In this document: positions 18,412 through 28,311 of the stretch, piece by piece
How the letters are laid out: each line of letters starts with the position of its first letter
Numbering within the stretch: the first letter of the stretch is position 1
Source of the DNA: Oscillospiraceae bacterium
GTDB taxonomy: Bacteria > Bacillota > Clostridia > Oscillospirales > Oscillospiraceae
Assembly (NCBI GenBank): GCA_021769865.1
Contig: JAETSB010000005.1
Span: forward strand, 4,219-68,218
Length of the DNA: 64,000 nt
Reading direction: 5' to 3'
The notes under the pieces: generated by a model
What the model saw: only the letters and a program-made list of their open reading frames with translations
Told to the model about the DNA's origin: nothing
Databases searched by the model: none
Made by a program: the position numbers and the translations under genes

Positions 18412-19953
18412 GTGGGCAGGCTTGGACGCTGGAAGGACCGGATGGGCCGGACGAAGACCGTCCTGGGAGAAAAGGTCCGGGAGGCCCTTGCCTCCGTGCT
18501 GCCCATCACGGCCATCGTGCTGGTGCTCTGCCTCACCGTGGCCCCCCTGCCGGTGGACGCGCTGCTGGCCTTCCTGGCGGGGGCGGTGCTGCTGATTTTG
18601 GGCATGGGCTTCTTCACCCTGGGGGCGGAGGCCGCCATGACCCCCATCGGCGAACAGGTGGGCACCCACATGGCAAGCTCCCGGAAGCTCTGGGTCATCG
18701 TCTCCGTCAGCTTCCTCATCGGCGTGGTGGTCACCATCTCCGAGCCGGATCTCCAGGTCCTGGCCTCCCAGGTCCCCGGCATCCCCAACGCCGTGCTGGT
18801 GGGGGCCGTGGCCGCCGGGGTGGGGGTCTTCCTGGTGGTGGCCCTGCTGCGCATCCTGTTCCAGATCTCCCTCCAGTGGCTGCTGATCGGGTCCTACGCG
18901 GCGGTGTTCCTCCTGGCGGCGTTCTTCGTGCCGGGGGACTTTTTGGCCGTGGCCTTCGACTCCGGCGGCGTCACCACCGGCCCCATGACCGTGCCCTTCA
19001 TCATGGCCTTAGGGCTTGGCGTGTCCTCCATCCGAAGCGACGAGAACGCCGCCCAGGACAGCTTCGGCCTGGTGGCCCTGTGCTCCGTGGGACCCATTCT
19101 GGCGGTGCTGGTTTTGGCGATGATCTACCCCGCCTCCGGGGCCTATCACCCCTCCGCCATGCCCCAGGCGGCGGACAGCCGGGAGCTGGGGGGCCTGTTC
19201 CTCTCCGCCCTCCCGGAGTACGCCGCGGAGGTCTTCAAAAGCCTCTTTCCCATCGCCGCCTTCTTCGGCCTGTTCCAGGTAATCGCCCTGCGGCTGAAAC
19301 GGAAGAAGGTCTGGAAGATCGTCATCGGTCTCCTCTATACATACGCCGGCCTGGCGCTGTTCCTCACGGGGGTCAACGTGGGCTTCCTCCCGGCGGGCAC
19401 CTACCTGGGCCGCCAGATCGCCTCCCTGCCCTTCAACTGGCTGCTGATTCCCATCGGCATGCTGATGGGCTGGTTCATCGTCCAGGCGGAACCGGCGGTC
19501 CACGTGCTGAATAAGCAGGTGGAGGAGATCACCTCCGGGGCCATCCCCGGCGGGGCCATGAGCGCCAGCCTGTCCATCGGCGTGGCGGCATCCATCGGCC
19601 TTGCTATGGTGCGGGTGCTGACGGGGGTCTCCATCTTCGCCTTTCTGGTCCCCGGGTATCTGCTGGCGGTGGTTTTGTCCTTCTTCGTGCCGAAGATCTT
19701 CACCTCCATCGCCTTCGACTCCGGCGGCGTGGCCTCGGGGCCCATGACGGCCACGTTCCTGCTCCCCTTCGCCATGGGGGCCTGCGAGGCCCTGGGGGGA
19801 AACATCGTCACCGACGCCTTCGGCGTGGTGTCCATGGTGGCTATGACGCCGCTGCTCACCATCCAGCTCCTGGGCCTCGTGTATCAGTGGAAGCTGAAGG
19901 CCCAGCTGGCCCAGGCGGCGGAGGACGAGGAGATCATCGACCTCGCGTATTGA
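18412..19953 (+). CDS. DUF1538 membrane protein (two repeats)
   Basis: Two copies of EP..VL and AFDSGGV(TT/AS)GPMT. Confidence 0.85.
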   Translation: MGRLGRWKDRMGRTKTVLGEKVREALASVLPITAIVLVLCLTVAPLPVDALLAFLAGAVLLILGMGFFTLGAEAAMTPIGEQVGTHMASSRKLWVIVSVSFLIGVVVTISEPDLQVLASQVPGIPNAVLVGAVAAGVGVFLVVALLRILFQISLQWLLIGSYAAVFLLAAFFVPGDFLAVAFDSGGVTTGPMTVPFIMALGLGVSSIRSDENAAQDSFGLVALCSVGPILAVLVLAMIYPASGAYHPSAMPQAADSRELGGLFLSALPEYAAEVFKSLFPIAAFFGLFQVIALRLKRKKVWKIVIGLLYTYAGLALFLTGVNVGFLPAGTYLGRQIASLPFNWLLIPIGMLMGWFIVQAEPAVHVLNKQVEEITSGAIPGGAMSASLSIGVAASIGLAMVRVLTGVSIFAFLVPGYLLAVVLSFFVPKIFTSIAFDSGGVASGPMTATFLLPFAMGACEALGGNIVTDAFGVVSMVAMTPLLTIQLLGLVYQWKLKAQLAQAAEDEEIIDLAY

Positions 19954-19992
19954 ATTTGAGCGCCCGGGCGCTTTGAGAGAGGAGGACCGCCC

Positions 19993-20670
19993 ATGGACAG
20001 AGCCGACCTCATGATTGTCATCACGGACCGGAGCCGGGGCGGGGAGTTCGCCGCCTGGTTCCAGGCCCGGGGGGCCACGCTGGTCCTCTCCGCCCTGGGA
20101 CAGGGCACCGCCGCCACGGAGGTGCTGGACTACCTGGGGCTGGAGGCCACGGAGAAGGCCGTACTGCTGTTGGCGGCCCCCCGGTCGAGGCGCCTGGTGC
20201 GGAAGGCCGCCCGGGAGTTGTGGCTGGACGTACCGGGGCGGGGGATCTTGATGGCCGTGCCCATTTCCAGCATCGGCGGGGCCCGGGCCAGGGACTATCT
20301 GCTGTCATGGCAGGCGGAGGAGGACGAGGACATGGAACGTGACATCACCCACGAGCTCATCGTGGTCATCGCCAACCGGGGCCACACCGACCAGGTGATG
20401 GACGCCGCCCGCTCCGCCGGGGCCGCCGGAGGCACCACCATCCACGCCAAGGGCACGGGAACGGAGCTGGCGAGGAAATTTCTGGGCGTGTCCCTGGCGG
20501 CGGAGAAGGAGATTGTCTTCATCCTGGCCAAGGAGGCGGACCGGAAGCCCATTATGAAGGCCGTCATGACCCAGGCGGGGATGCAGACCAAGGCCCAGGC
20601 CGTGGTGTTCTCCCTGCCGGTGACGGACCTGGCGGGGCTGCGGCTGCTGGAGGAGGACGGGGAGTCCTGA
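19993..20670 (+). CDS. P-II-like regulator (tandem domains)
   Basis: VMDAARSAGAAGGTTIHAKGTG...EKEIV; follows the DUF1538 gene. Confidence 0.8.
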   Translation: MDRADLMIVITDRSRGGEFAAWFQARGATLVLSALGQGTAATEVLDYLGLEATEKAVLLLAAPRSRRLVRKAARELWLDVPGRGILMAVPISSIGGARARDYLLSWQAEEDEDMERDITHELIVVIANRGHTDQVMDAARSAGAAGGTTIHAKGTGTELARKFLGVSLAAEKEIVFILAKEADRKPIMKAVMTQAGMQTKAQAVVFSLPVTDLAGLRLLEEDGES

Positions 20671-20715
20671 ACAAAAAGGGAAAGGCCCGGAGCTGTTTCG
20701 CTCCGGACCTCTTTC

Positions 20716-20853
20716 GTTGCCGTCGCTCCAGCCCGGATAAACACCGGGCAGCCAGAGCGCGCCAAAGTTCTTTTGGCTACTTTTACCCTTCGGATATACG
20801 GGGCCTCTAAGCGGCAAAGCCGCCAAGAGGCCCCATATCTTTCAAGAAAAGTA
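20716..20853 (-). repeat. Structured intergenic repeat, copy 2
   Basis: Inverted copy of 16862-16996. Confidence 0.85.
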
Positions 20854-20855
20854 GC

Positions 20856-21812
20856 TCAGGTCACCAGAAGCACCACATAGCCCGCGTACAGGCCCAGCAT
20901 GACGACGCCCTGCCAGCGGTAGAACCGCTCCGTCACCAGGGGCGGGATCACCGCCACGCAGCAGATCAGCAGGCAGGCTGGCAGATCCAGGGCCGTGGTC
21001 TGAGCCCCGATGGTCAGCGCCCCGCCGCTGACGGCGGAGCAGATGGGCAGGATCATGGTCAGGTCGATGACGTTGGCCCCGATGATGTTGCCCACGGACA
21101 TGGAGGCTTCCTTTTTGGCGATGGCCGTCAGGGTGGTCACCAGCTCGGGGAGGGAGGTTCCGATGGCCACCATGGTCACGCCGATGATGCTGGCGGGCAC
21201 TCCCATCAGCAGGGCCAGCTCGCTTCCGTAGTTGATCAGCAGCTGGGAGCCGATGACGATGGCCGTGATGCCCAGGGCGAAGAGGAAGAGCTTTTCCACC
21301 ATCTGCCGCCGGGAGATGGTGCGGCGTTTGGGATGGGCTTCCCGTTCCTCCGCCATGCCCGCTTTGGCGTCCCGGAGGTTGCTCCAGAGATAGACGGCGA
21401 AGATGACGAACAGCGACAGGCCCGGCAGGGCCCTCAGCGTGCCGCCCCGGCTCAGCACCAGCAGCAGCGCCGCGCCCAGGACCATCAGCAGGGCCTTCAG
21501 CTGGAACTGGGCCCGCTTTACCGCCGAGGGGATGCACACCAGGGAGATGCCTAAGATAAGCCCCAGGTTCGCCGTGACGGACCCCACGGCGTTGCCCACC
21601 GCCAGGTCCACCTCCCCTTGAAGGGTGCCGGTGACGGAGACCGTCAGCTCCGGCAAAGTGGTCGCCAGGGAGACGATGGTGGCCCCGATGATGAACCGGG
21701 GCACACCGGTGGCCTCCGCGATCCAGACCGCCCCGTCCAGGAACCAGTCGCCGCCCTTGATGATCAAAAGCAGGCCCAGCAAAAACAACAGCACCGTGAT
21801 CCAGATTTCCAT
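20856..21812 (-). CDS. CaCA/YrbG-family cation antiporter
   Basis: Alpha repeats ATTLPE...GNAVGS and GTSLPE...GNIIGAN. Confidence 0.9.
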   Translation of the reverse strand: MEIWITVLLFLLGLLLIIKGGDWFLDGAVWIAEATGVPRFIIGATIVSLATTLPELTVSVTGTLQGEVDLAVGNAVGSVTANLGLILGISLVCIPSAVKRAQFQLKALLMVLGAALLLVLSRGGTLRALPGLSLFVIFAVYLWSNLRDAKAGMAEEREAHPKRRTISRRQMVEKLFLFALGITAIVIGSQLLINYGSELALLMGVPASIIGVTMVAIGTSLPELVTTLTAIAKKEASMSVGNIIGANVIDLTMILPICSAVSGGALTIGAQTTALDLPACLLICCVAVIPPLVTERFYRWQGVVMLGLYAGYVVLLVT

Positions 21813-21892
21813 AATGTTCACCGCTTTCCAAAAATTCAGCGAGACCTCTATCCCCCGGGGCAACGCCGGAAACCGGCAGTTGTCCCACGGGA

Positions 21893-21984
21893 TAAAAGTC
21901 TCGCTTTTCAGCGGGCCCGGATGGCGGTGAAACCATCGTGATGACGAGCCGCGCCACGTTTGAAACGTAAGCTACTCCCTTTTA
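21893..21984 (-). promoter_or_regulatory. yybP-ykoY (Mn2+) riboswitch
   Basis: Minus strand: UAAAAGGGAGUAGC...CGUCAUCAC...CCGG...GCGAGACUUUUA; competing hairpin arm at 21839-21854. Confidence 0.85.
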
Positions 21985-22094
21985 CGAAGCCATGAGCTGT
22001 GAGACCACTATAGGGAATCATACACGTTTTGTCAACCCTAACCTTGCCGAAATTTGGCGGGCGGACAAAGTATTTACGGAGTCTTTACGGCCCC

Positions 22095-23162
22095 TCAGAT
22101 CTCCGGGTCAAAGCCGATGGATTTCCGCCAGAGCCTCCGGCCCTCCCGTGTCCCCTCCTCCGGCGCGAAGCCGCAGTCCCGGAGGTACGCCTCCCCCGGC
22201 CCGCCGGGGGTCCGCAGGGCGGACAGCTCCTCTCCGCCCCGCTCCCGGGTACGCTGTACCGCCTGGCCCAGGAGCTGGACGCCGAAGCCCCGGCGGCGAC
22301 AGTCCGGACGGATGTAGGCCAGGGAAATCCGCCCGGTTTCCGGAGTCATATGGAGCAGGCCCACAGCCTCCTCCCCCAGAAGCCCCTCCAGGGTCAGGGA
22401 GGCGGCGGGAACCGGCCCGGCCTCCCCCGCCTCCGCCCAGGCGGCGGACAGGCGCTCCGCCCCGCCCTCCAGGGGACGGAACCACAGTCCCGGCTCCAGG
22501 GCGTAGGCCCGCTTTGCCTTGGCGGGCTTCTCCCCGGCCAGGTATTCGGGGGTCTGGAGGTGGCGGTTGTCGTTCATGAAGACCACCCGGAGGCGCTCCC
22601 CGTCCCACTCCAGCAGGGACACGGCGGTGTTGTCCCCGGTGGGCATCTTCTCCCCGGTGTCCCGGAGGGAGATCCCCTGGAGGTTCGCCAGCAGGAGGCG
22701 GATGGCGTAGCCGTGGGAGAAGAGGGCCAGGGTCCTTCCCGGGTTCGCCCGGGCGATGTCCTCCACCGTGAAGCGGACCCGGGCCAGCACCTCCGCGGGG
22801 GTCTCCGCCCCGGGGATGGACCAGCGGTCCATGCGCTTACCGAAGTCCGACATGGCCTCCGGCGTGCGGCGGATGATGTCCCCCCAGGTCCGGCCCTCCC
22901 AGTCCCCCACGCAGATCTCCCGGAGGCCCGGGCAGCGGCGCAGGGGCAGGTTTTTGGGCCTGTAAACGGCCGTGGCGGTGGCCCGGGTGCGGTAGAGGTC
23001 GCTGGCGTACACCGCGTCGATGGGGATGTCCGCAAAGCGGCGCTCCAGGGCGTTCACCTGCCGCCAGCCCCGGTCCGTGAGATTGCTCTCGTGCTGGCCC
23101 TGGGCGATGCGGTAGAGGTTGCCCTCCGCCTCGGCGTGGCGGATGAGATAGATGGCAGTCAT
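22095..23162 (-). CDS. Histidine phosphatase-GNAT acetyltransferase fusion
   Basis: IRHAEAEGN, ASDLYRT, SHG; C-terminal YIRPDCRRRGFGVQLL. Confidence 0.85.
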   Translation of the reverse strand: MTAIYLIRHAEAEGNLYRIAQGQHESNLTDRGWRQVNALERRFADIPIDAVYASDLYRTRATATAVYRPKNLPLRRCPGLREICVGDWEGRTWGDIIRRTPEAMSDFGKRMDRWSIPGAETPAEVLARVRFTVEDIARANPGRTLALFSHGYAIRLLLANLQGISLRDTGEKMPTGDNTAVSLLEWDGERLRVVFMNDNRHLQTPEYLAGEKPAKAKRAYALEPGLWFRPLEGGAERLSAAWAEAGEAGPVPAASLTLEGLLGEEAVGLLHMTPETGRISLAYIRPDCRRRGFGVQLLGQAVQRTRERGGEELSALRTPGGPGEAYLRDCGFAPEEGTREGRRLWRKSIGFDPEI

Positions 23163-23288
23163 GGCGGTCCCTCCCAGAAAGAAACATTTATTTTCCATAG
23201 TATACCGCGTCTGGCGGGCTTTGGCAAATGGTCCGGCGGATTTTTTCTCCCCTCCGGGGCAAACTGGTGGGGCACGGAAAAGGAGTGA

Positions 23289-23477
23289 ATGAAGATGAAG
23301 AAGAGCACCGGGTTTTTCCTCGGCATCGGCGCCGGCATGGCCGCCGGTGCGGTGGCGGGGATGATGGCGCCCCAGAGCAGCCGCCGGACCGTGAAGAAGC
23401 AGGTGGATCAGGGCATCCACAAGCTGGGCACGGCGGTGGACCAGGCCGTGGACAGTATGACCGGCAATATGCAGTGA
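23289..23477 (+). CDS. Small protein with Gly/Ala-rich hydrophobic N-terminus (YtxH-like)
   Basis: AAGGAG RBS; FFLGIGAGMAAGAVAG; followed by a terminator. Confidence 0.7.
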   Translation: MKMKKSTGFFLGIGAGMAAGAVAGMMAPQSSRRTVKKQVDQGIHKLGTAVDQAVDSMTGNMQ

Positions 23478-23498
23478 GGCAGTCCCGCGGCACAGCGG

Positions 23499-23533
23499 AA
23501 AAAGGAGGGCGCGAACACGCGCCCTCCTTTTTT
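23499..23533. terminator. Bidirectional terminator
   Basis: aaaaaggagggcgcg-aaca-cgcgccctccttttt. Confidence 0.85.
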
Positions 23534-23555
23534 ATCCCATTTTGGAAGGAAGCCC

Positions 23556-24632
23556 TCAGCCCTTGCACACGGGGACGATCCAGCCCTTGGTGTCGGGGAG
23601 CTTGCCCCACTGCATGCCGGTCATGGTGTCGTAGAGCTTCTGGGTCACGGGGCCGATCTTCCCGTCGTTGATGAAGACCTTGTCGCCCTTCCAGTCCAGC
23701 TCCTTCACCGGGGAGACCACGGCGGCGGTGCCGGTGCCGAAGACCTCCTCCAGCTTGCCCTCGTGGCCCGCCTTCATCACGTCCGCGATGGCCAGGGGGC
23801 CCTCGACGACCTCATAGCCCCAGTCCTTCAGCAGCTCGATGCAGCTGCGGCGGGTGACGCCGGGCAGCACGGTGCCCGTGCAGGCGGCGGTGTAGACTTT
23901 CCCGTCGATCTTGAACATGATATTCATGCTGCCCACTTCCTCGACGTACTTCTTCTCCACGCCGTCCAGCCACAGCACCTGGGCGAAGCCCTTCTGCTCC
24001 GCCATCTCGCCGGCCTTGATGGACGCGGCGTAGTTGCCGCCGCACTTGGTGAAGCCCGTCAGGCCCGGGGCGGCGCGGATGTACTCGTCCTCCACGTAAA
24101 TGCGCACCGGGTCGATGCCCTCGGCGTAGTAGGCGCCGGAGGGAGCGCAGATGATGCAGAAGGTGTAGTGCTTGCTGGCGTGGACGCCGAGGCCCACGTC
24201 GGTGGCGAAGACGAAGGGGCGGATGTACAGAGACGTGCCGTCGGCGTGGGGCACCCAGTCCTTCTCGATCTCCACCAGGGCCTTCACCGCCTGGATGAAG
24301 TCGTCCACGGGGACCTGGGGAATGCACATGCGGTCGGAGGAATCCTGCATCCGCTGGGCGTTGCAGTCCGGGCGGAAGAGCTGAATGGTGTTGTCCACGG
24401 AACGGTATGCCTTCATGCCCTCAAAGAGCTCCTGGGCATAATGGAAGACCACGGTGGCGGGGTCCATAGGGAAGGGGGCGTAGGGGACGATGCGGGGGTC
24501 GTGCCAGCCCTGTCCGTCGGTGTAGTCCATCAGGAACATGTGGTCCGAGAAAATCTTGCCGAAGCCCAGTTTGCTCTCGTCAGCGGGCTTGGCCTTGGGG
24601 GCGGTGTTTTTGGTGATCTTGATATCCAGCAT
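23556..24632 (-). CDS. ilvE: Branched-chain amino acid aminotransferase
   Basis: HYAQELFEGMKAY, LYIRPF, KCGGNYAAS, EEVGSMN, EVFGTGTAAVVSPV. Confidence 0.95.
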   Translation of the reverse strand: MLDIKITKNTAPKAKPADESKLGFGKIFSDHMFLMDYTDGQGWHDPRIVPYAPFPMDPATVVFHYAQELFEGMKAYRSVDNTIQLFRPDCNAQRMQDSSDRMCIPQVPVDDFIQAVKALVEIEKDWVPHADGTSLYIRPFVFATDVGLGVHASKHYTFCIICAPSGAYYAEGIDPVRIYVEDEYIRAAPGLTGFTKCGGNYAASIKAGEMAEQKGFAQVLWLDGVEKKYVEEVGSMNIMFKIDGKVYTAACTGTVLPGVTRRSCIELLKDWGYEVVEGPLAIADVMKAGHEGKLEEVFGTGTAAVVSPVKELDWKGDKVFINDGKIGPVTQKLYDTMTGMQWGKLPDTKGWIVPVCKG

Positions 24633-24808
24633 TGTGAACACTCTCCTGTTTTCCATATTGGGGGGAAATCCCCCCTGCCGGGCGGGGCGCAGACCGGGCC
24701 CGGTTTTGCGCTTTAAATGATTATATGCTTGCCGGGAGGCAAAGTCAAGCGGTAAAGAGACAAAAGGGAGGAGCGGGCGCCGGCCCTCTCCCCCCTCTGC
24801 GTTTTTCG

Positions 24809-25351
24809 TCAGGCGGACTTCCCGCACTCCAGTCCCCGGTGCAGGGCTTCCAGGTTCAGCGGGACCAGCTTCGCCTTTTTGCCGGTGAACATCTCGGCGA
24901 TCATAGTCTCAATGGTCTCGGGCTTCAGCGCGCCGGTGGCCGCCACGTAGGCCCCCAGCATCACCATGTTGGCCACCTTGGCGTTCCCCAACTCCACCGC
25001 GATCTCATCACAGGGGACGTAGACGGCTTTCACGTCCACCCGGGTCACCTTGTCGGGAATGATACTGCTGTTGACGAACACCGTGCCGCCGGGGGCCACG
25101 CGGCTTTCAAACTTGGCCAGCGCCGCCCGGTTCATGGCGACTACCTCGCTGGGCTCTTCCACCAGGGGGGCGCCGATGCGCTCGTCGCTGATGATGACCG
25201 TGCAGTTGGCGGTGCCGCCCCGCATCTCGGGGCCGTAGGAGGGCACCCAGGACGCTTCCAGATCCTCCGCCACGGCGGCCTCCACCAGGTTCTTTCCGAT
25301 GGACATGACGCCCTGGCCGCCGAAGCCGGACAGAATGACTTCCTTTTTCAT
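24809..25351 (-). CDS. 2-oxoacid:ferredoxin oxidoreductase gamma subunit
   Basis: GFGGQG, PSYGPEMRGGTANC, ANMVMLGA. Confidence 0.92.
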   Translation of the reverse strand: MKKEVILSGFGGQGVMSIGKNLVEAAVAEDLEASWVPSYGPEMRGGTANCTVIISDERIGAPLVEEPSEVVAMNRAALAKFESRVAPGGTVFVNSSIIPDKVTRVDVKAVYVPCDEIAVELGNAKVANMVMLGAYVAATGALKPETIETMIAEMFTGKKAKLVPLNLEALHRGLECGKSA

Positions 25352-25352
25352 C

Positions 25353-26096
25353 TTACATCGCCTCCGTATCCTTGATGACGCCCAGGGGGTAGTAAGCCGC
25401 CATGTTGTCCATCAGCCACCGGTTGGCCTCCTCGATCTCCATGCCCCAGTTGGTGGGGCAGGCCGCCAGCACCTCCACGAAGGTGAAGCCGTCCCCGGCC
25501 ATCTGCCGGGCAAACGCCTTCTTCAGGGCCTTCTTGGCCTTGTTCAGGTGAGGGACGTCCGTGACGCAGACCCGCTCGGCGTAGACGCAGCCGTCCAGGG
25601 TGGACAGCATCTCGGCAACCCGGATAGGCATGCCCGCCTGCTCCTTGGTGCGGCCCAGGGGGGCGGTGGTGGCCTTTTGGCCGATGAGGGTGGTGGGGGC
25701 CATCTGGCCGCCGGTCATGCCGTAAATGGCGTTGTTGATAAAGATGGTGGTGAACTTCTCCCCTCGCATGGCGGCGTGGACAATCTCCGCCGCGCCGATG
25801 GAGGCCAGGTCCCCGTCCCCCTGGTAGGTGAAGACGGGCTGGGTGGGATGGGTGCGCTTCACCGCGGTGGCCACGGCGGGGGCCCGGCCATGGGCGGCCT
25901 CAATGGTGTCGAAGGAGAAGTAGTTCCCGGCGAAGACGGCGCAGCCCACGGGGCAGATGCCGATGGCGGCGCCCAGGGCATCCATCTCCTCCAGGACCTC
26001 GCCGATGAGCTTATGTACGATGCCGTGGGCGCAGCCGGGGCAGTAGTGGAGCTCCGTATCCTGGAGGCCCTTGGTCTTCCGATAGATTGTCGTCAT
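25353..26096 (-). CDS. 2-oxoacid:ferredoxin oxidoreductase beta (TPP-binding) subunit
   Basis: HYCPGCAHG, HGRAPAVA, YQGDGD...NNAIYGMTGGQ, CPTNW. Confidence 0.92.
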   Translation of the reverse strand: MTTIYRKTKGLQDTELHYCPGCAHGIVHKLIGEVLEEMDALGAAIGICPVGCAVFAGNYFSFDTIEAAHGRAPAVATAVKRTHPTQPVFTYQGDGDLASIGAAEIVHAAMRGEKFTTIFINNAIYGMTGGQMAPTTLIGQKATTAPLGRTKEQAGMPIRVAEMLSTLDGCVYAERVCVTDVPHLNKAKKALKKAFARQMAGDGFTFVEVLAACPTNWGMEIEEANRWLMDNMAAYYPLGVIKDTEAM

Positions 26097-26097
26097 G

Positions 26098-27165
26098 TCA
26101 CTTGACCTCCTTCCAGGCTTCCACGGCCGCCTGTTCCACCTCGGACACGTGGGGAATGGCGCCGCCGCAGCGCCCGTAGAACTTCACGGGCTTCCGCTCC
26201 GCCACGGCCAGGTTCACGTCGTCCAGCATCTGGCCCAGGCTCATCTCCACCGTGAGGAACGTCTTCACCCGGTCCAGTCCCGCGATTTCCCGCAGCCGCG
26301 CATAGGGATACGGCCACACGGTGATGGGGCGGAACACGCCGGCCTTGATCCCCTGCTTCCGCAGGTTCTCCGCGGCGGTCTGGGCCACCCGGGAGGGGGT
26401 GCCGTAGGCCACGATCACCAGCTCGGCGTCGTCCAGCAGGATCTCCTCCCAGCGGCACTCGTTCTTCTCCATCTCCGCCGTCTTTTTGGCCAGGTCCAGG
26501 TTGTGGGCCTCGCAGGCGGGGGCGTCGATCAGCAGGGAGGTGATGAAGTTGTTGTGGTCCCGGCCTCCCCGGCCGCAGGCGGCCCAGGTCTTCTCCGGGA
26601 GGGTTCGGGGGGTGCGCTCCTTCCAGACGATGGGCTCCATCATCTGGCCGATAAGGCCGTCCGCCAGCAGCACCACGGGGTTGCGGTACTGGTCGGCGAT
26701 ATCAAACGCCTCCTGGGTCAGGTCCACCGCCTCCTGAATGTTGGCGGGGGCCAGGACCACGGTGCGGTAATCGCCGTTGCCGCCCCCCCGGGTGGCCTGG
26801 AAGTAGTCTCCCTGGGCGGGCTGGATGGACCCCAGGCCCGGGCCGCCCCGCATGACGTTCACCACCACGGCGGGCAGCTGGCAGGCGGCCATGTAACTGA
26901 TGCCCTCCTGCTTCAGGCTGACGCCGGGGGAGGAGGAGGAGGTCATAGCCCGCACGCCGGAGGCCGCCGCGCCGTAGACCATGTTGACGGCGGCCAGCTC
27001 GGACTCCGCTTGGACGAACACGCCGCCGCTCTGGGGCATATGGTAGGACATGTACTCGGGGATCTCGTTCTGGGGGGTGATGGGATAGCCGAAGAAGCAG
27101 CGGCAGCCCGCCCGGATGGCGGCCTCAGCGATGGCCTCGCTGCCCTTCCAGATTTCTCGTTTCAT
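26098..27165 (-). CDS. vorB: 2-oxoacid:ferredoxin oxidoreductase alpha subunit (VorB-like, branched-chain keto acids)
   Basis: FFGYPITPQNE, QAESE, TSSSSPG, RGGPGLG; co-located with ilvE. Confidence 0.88.
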   Translation of the reverse strand: MKREIWKGSEAIAEAAIRAGCRCFFGYPITPQNEIPEYMSYHMPQSGGVFVQAESELAAVNMVYGAAASGVRAMTSSSSPGVSLKQEGISYMAACQLPAVVVNVMRGGPGLGSIQPAQGDYFQATRGGGNGDYRTVVLAPANIQEAVDLTQEAFDIADQYRNPVVLLADGLIGQMMEPIVWKERTPRTLPEKTWAACGRGGRDHNNFITSLLIDAPACEAHNLDLAKKTAEMEKNECRWEEILLDDAELVIVAYGTPSRVAQTAAENLRKQGIKAGVFRPITVWPYPYARLREIAGLDRVKTFLTVEMSLGQMLDDVNLAVAERKPVKFYGRCGGAIPHVSEVEQAAVEAWKEVK

Positions 27166-27180
27166 GGGACGCGGCTCCTT

Positions 27181-27390
27181 TCAGTCTTTTTCAATGGTGA
27201 TGATGGAATCGGGGCACATCTTCGCGCAGCTGGCGCAGCCGATGCAGGCGGCCTGATCCGTGCAGGCGGCGGGGTGGTAGCCCTTCACGTTGGTGCCGCC
27301 CTCCAGGGCCAGAATGTGCTTGGGGCAGACGGCCACGCAGAGGCCGCAGCCCTTGCAGCGGTCCTGGCGGAAGGTGAGGTGGATTGCCAT
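27181..27390 (-). CDS. 2x[4Fe-4S] ferredoxin (delta subunit)
   Basis: CKGCGLCVAVCP and CIGCASCAKMCP. Confidence 0.92.
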   Translation of the reverse strand: MAIHLTFRQDRCKGCGLCVAVCPKHILALEGGTNVKGYHPAACTDQAACIGCASCAKMCPDSIITIEKD

Positions 27391-27437
27391 GGTGCAAGAT
27401 CTCCTTTCCTCTGATGTCTGTTACTCTGCTATATCTG

Positions 27438-28112
27438 CTATTCCCAAGGCTTTTTCATCCGAATCTCCATGGGAAACGGGTCCAGGTCCCGGAGGCTGTC
27501 CGCAAAGCGGGCCTCCGCCGCGTGGCAGACGACGGGAACGCCGGTGAGCCGGGACACCTCCCCAGCCAGAAGCGCGCCCTCCCGGACGTCCTCCGGCGCG
27601 GTCTCGCCGCAGAGGTGGGTGTTGTTCACCAGCCCCGTGCAGCGAAGGCCCGTCACGGCCTCAATGCCCCGGAGGTATTCCACGGACCGCTCCGCCGTGC
27701 GGACCTCCGGGCGGCGGGCGTTGACCACGTAGAGAAGCTGGTAGTCCTCCTTTGCGATCTTCGGCCGGTAGCGGGCCAGCACCCGGGCCCCGGAGGGGTC
27801 CCCGCCGATGTCCAGCACCCCCCGGACCGTCCGGTCCTCCAGCAGGCCGTGGAGCTCTGCCGGAAGGGCGGGCACGTCCGCGTCGGCCAGGGCCTGGGAG
27901 GTGGCGATCAGCCGGACCCCCGCCGCCTCCAGCAGACCGCGCTGTTCCCGGCTGCGGAAATAGGGGTTCACGATGTCCAGGTCCGCCAGGGCGGTCCGGG
28001 CCCCCTCCCCCGCCAGAGCCAGGGCCAGATTCACGGAAAACTCGGTCTTTCCCGTGCCGTAGTGCCCGGTGACCAGGGTCAGGCGGTGGGGGAAGCGCTC
28101 CATGGCGGTCAA
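27438..28112 (-). CDS. P-loop ATPase (MinD/ParA-like) heading the vor operon
   Basis: GHYGTGKTE, DLDIVNPYFRSRE, DIGGDPSGA. Confidence 0.8.
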   Translation of the reverse strand: MTAMERFPHRLTLVTGHYGTGKTEFSVNLALALAGEGARTALADLDIVNPYFRSREQRGLLEAAGVRLIATSQALADADVPALPAELHGLLEDRTVRGVLDIGGDPSGARVLARYRPKIAKEDYQLLYVVNARRPEVRTAERSVEYLRGIEAVTGLRCTGLVNNTHLCGETAPEDVREGALLAGEVSRLTGVPVVCHAAEARFADSLRDLDPFPMEIRMKKPWE

Positions 28113-28311
28113 AAGGACCCCTCCTTCCAGAAACTAGTAAACAAGTTGTCTATTTTGCATTTACGTTGTATGATGTCATTTTATACTAAATCGCATCGGA
28201 TGTCAAGAGCCTTCTTGTTTTTTCCGGCAAAAGGCGGTATAGTACATTTACGATAAAATTCTGATAAGCGGACACGTGCCCGGCGGGTTCGCCGGAGGAT
28301 GGAGGTATACG

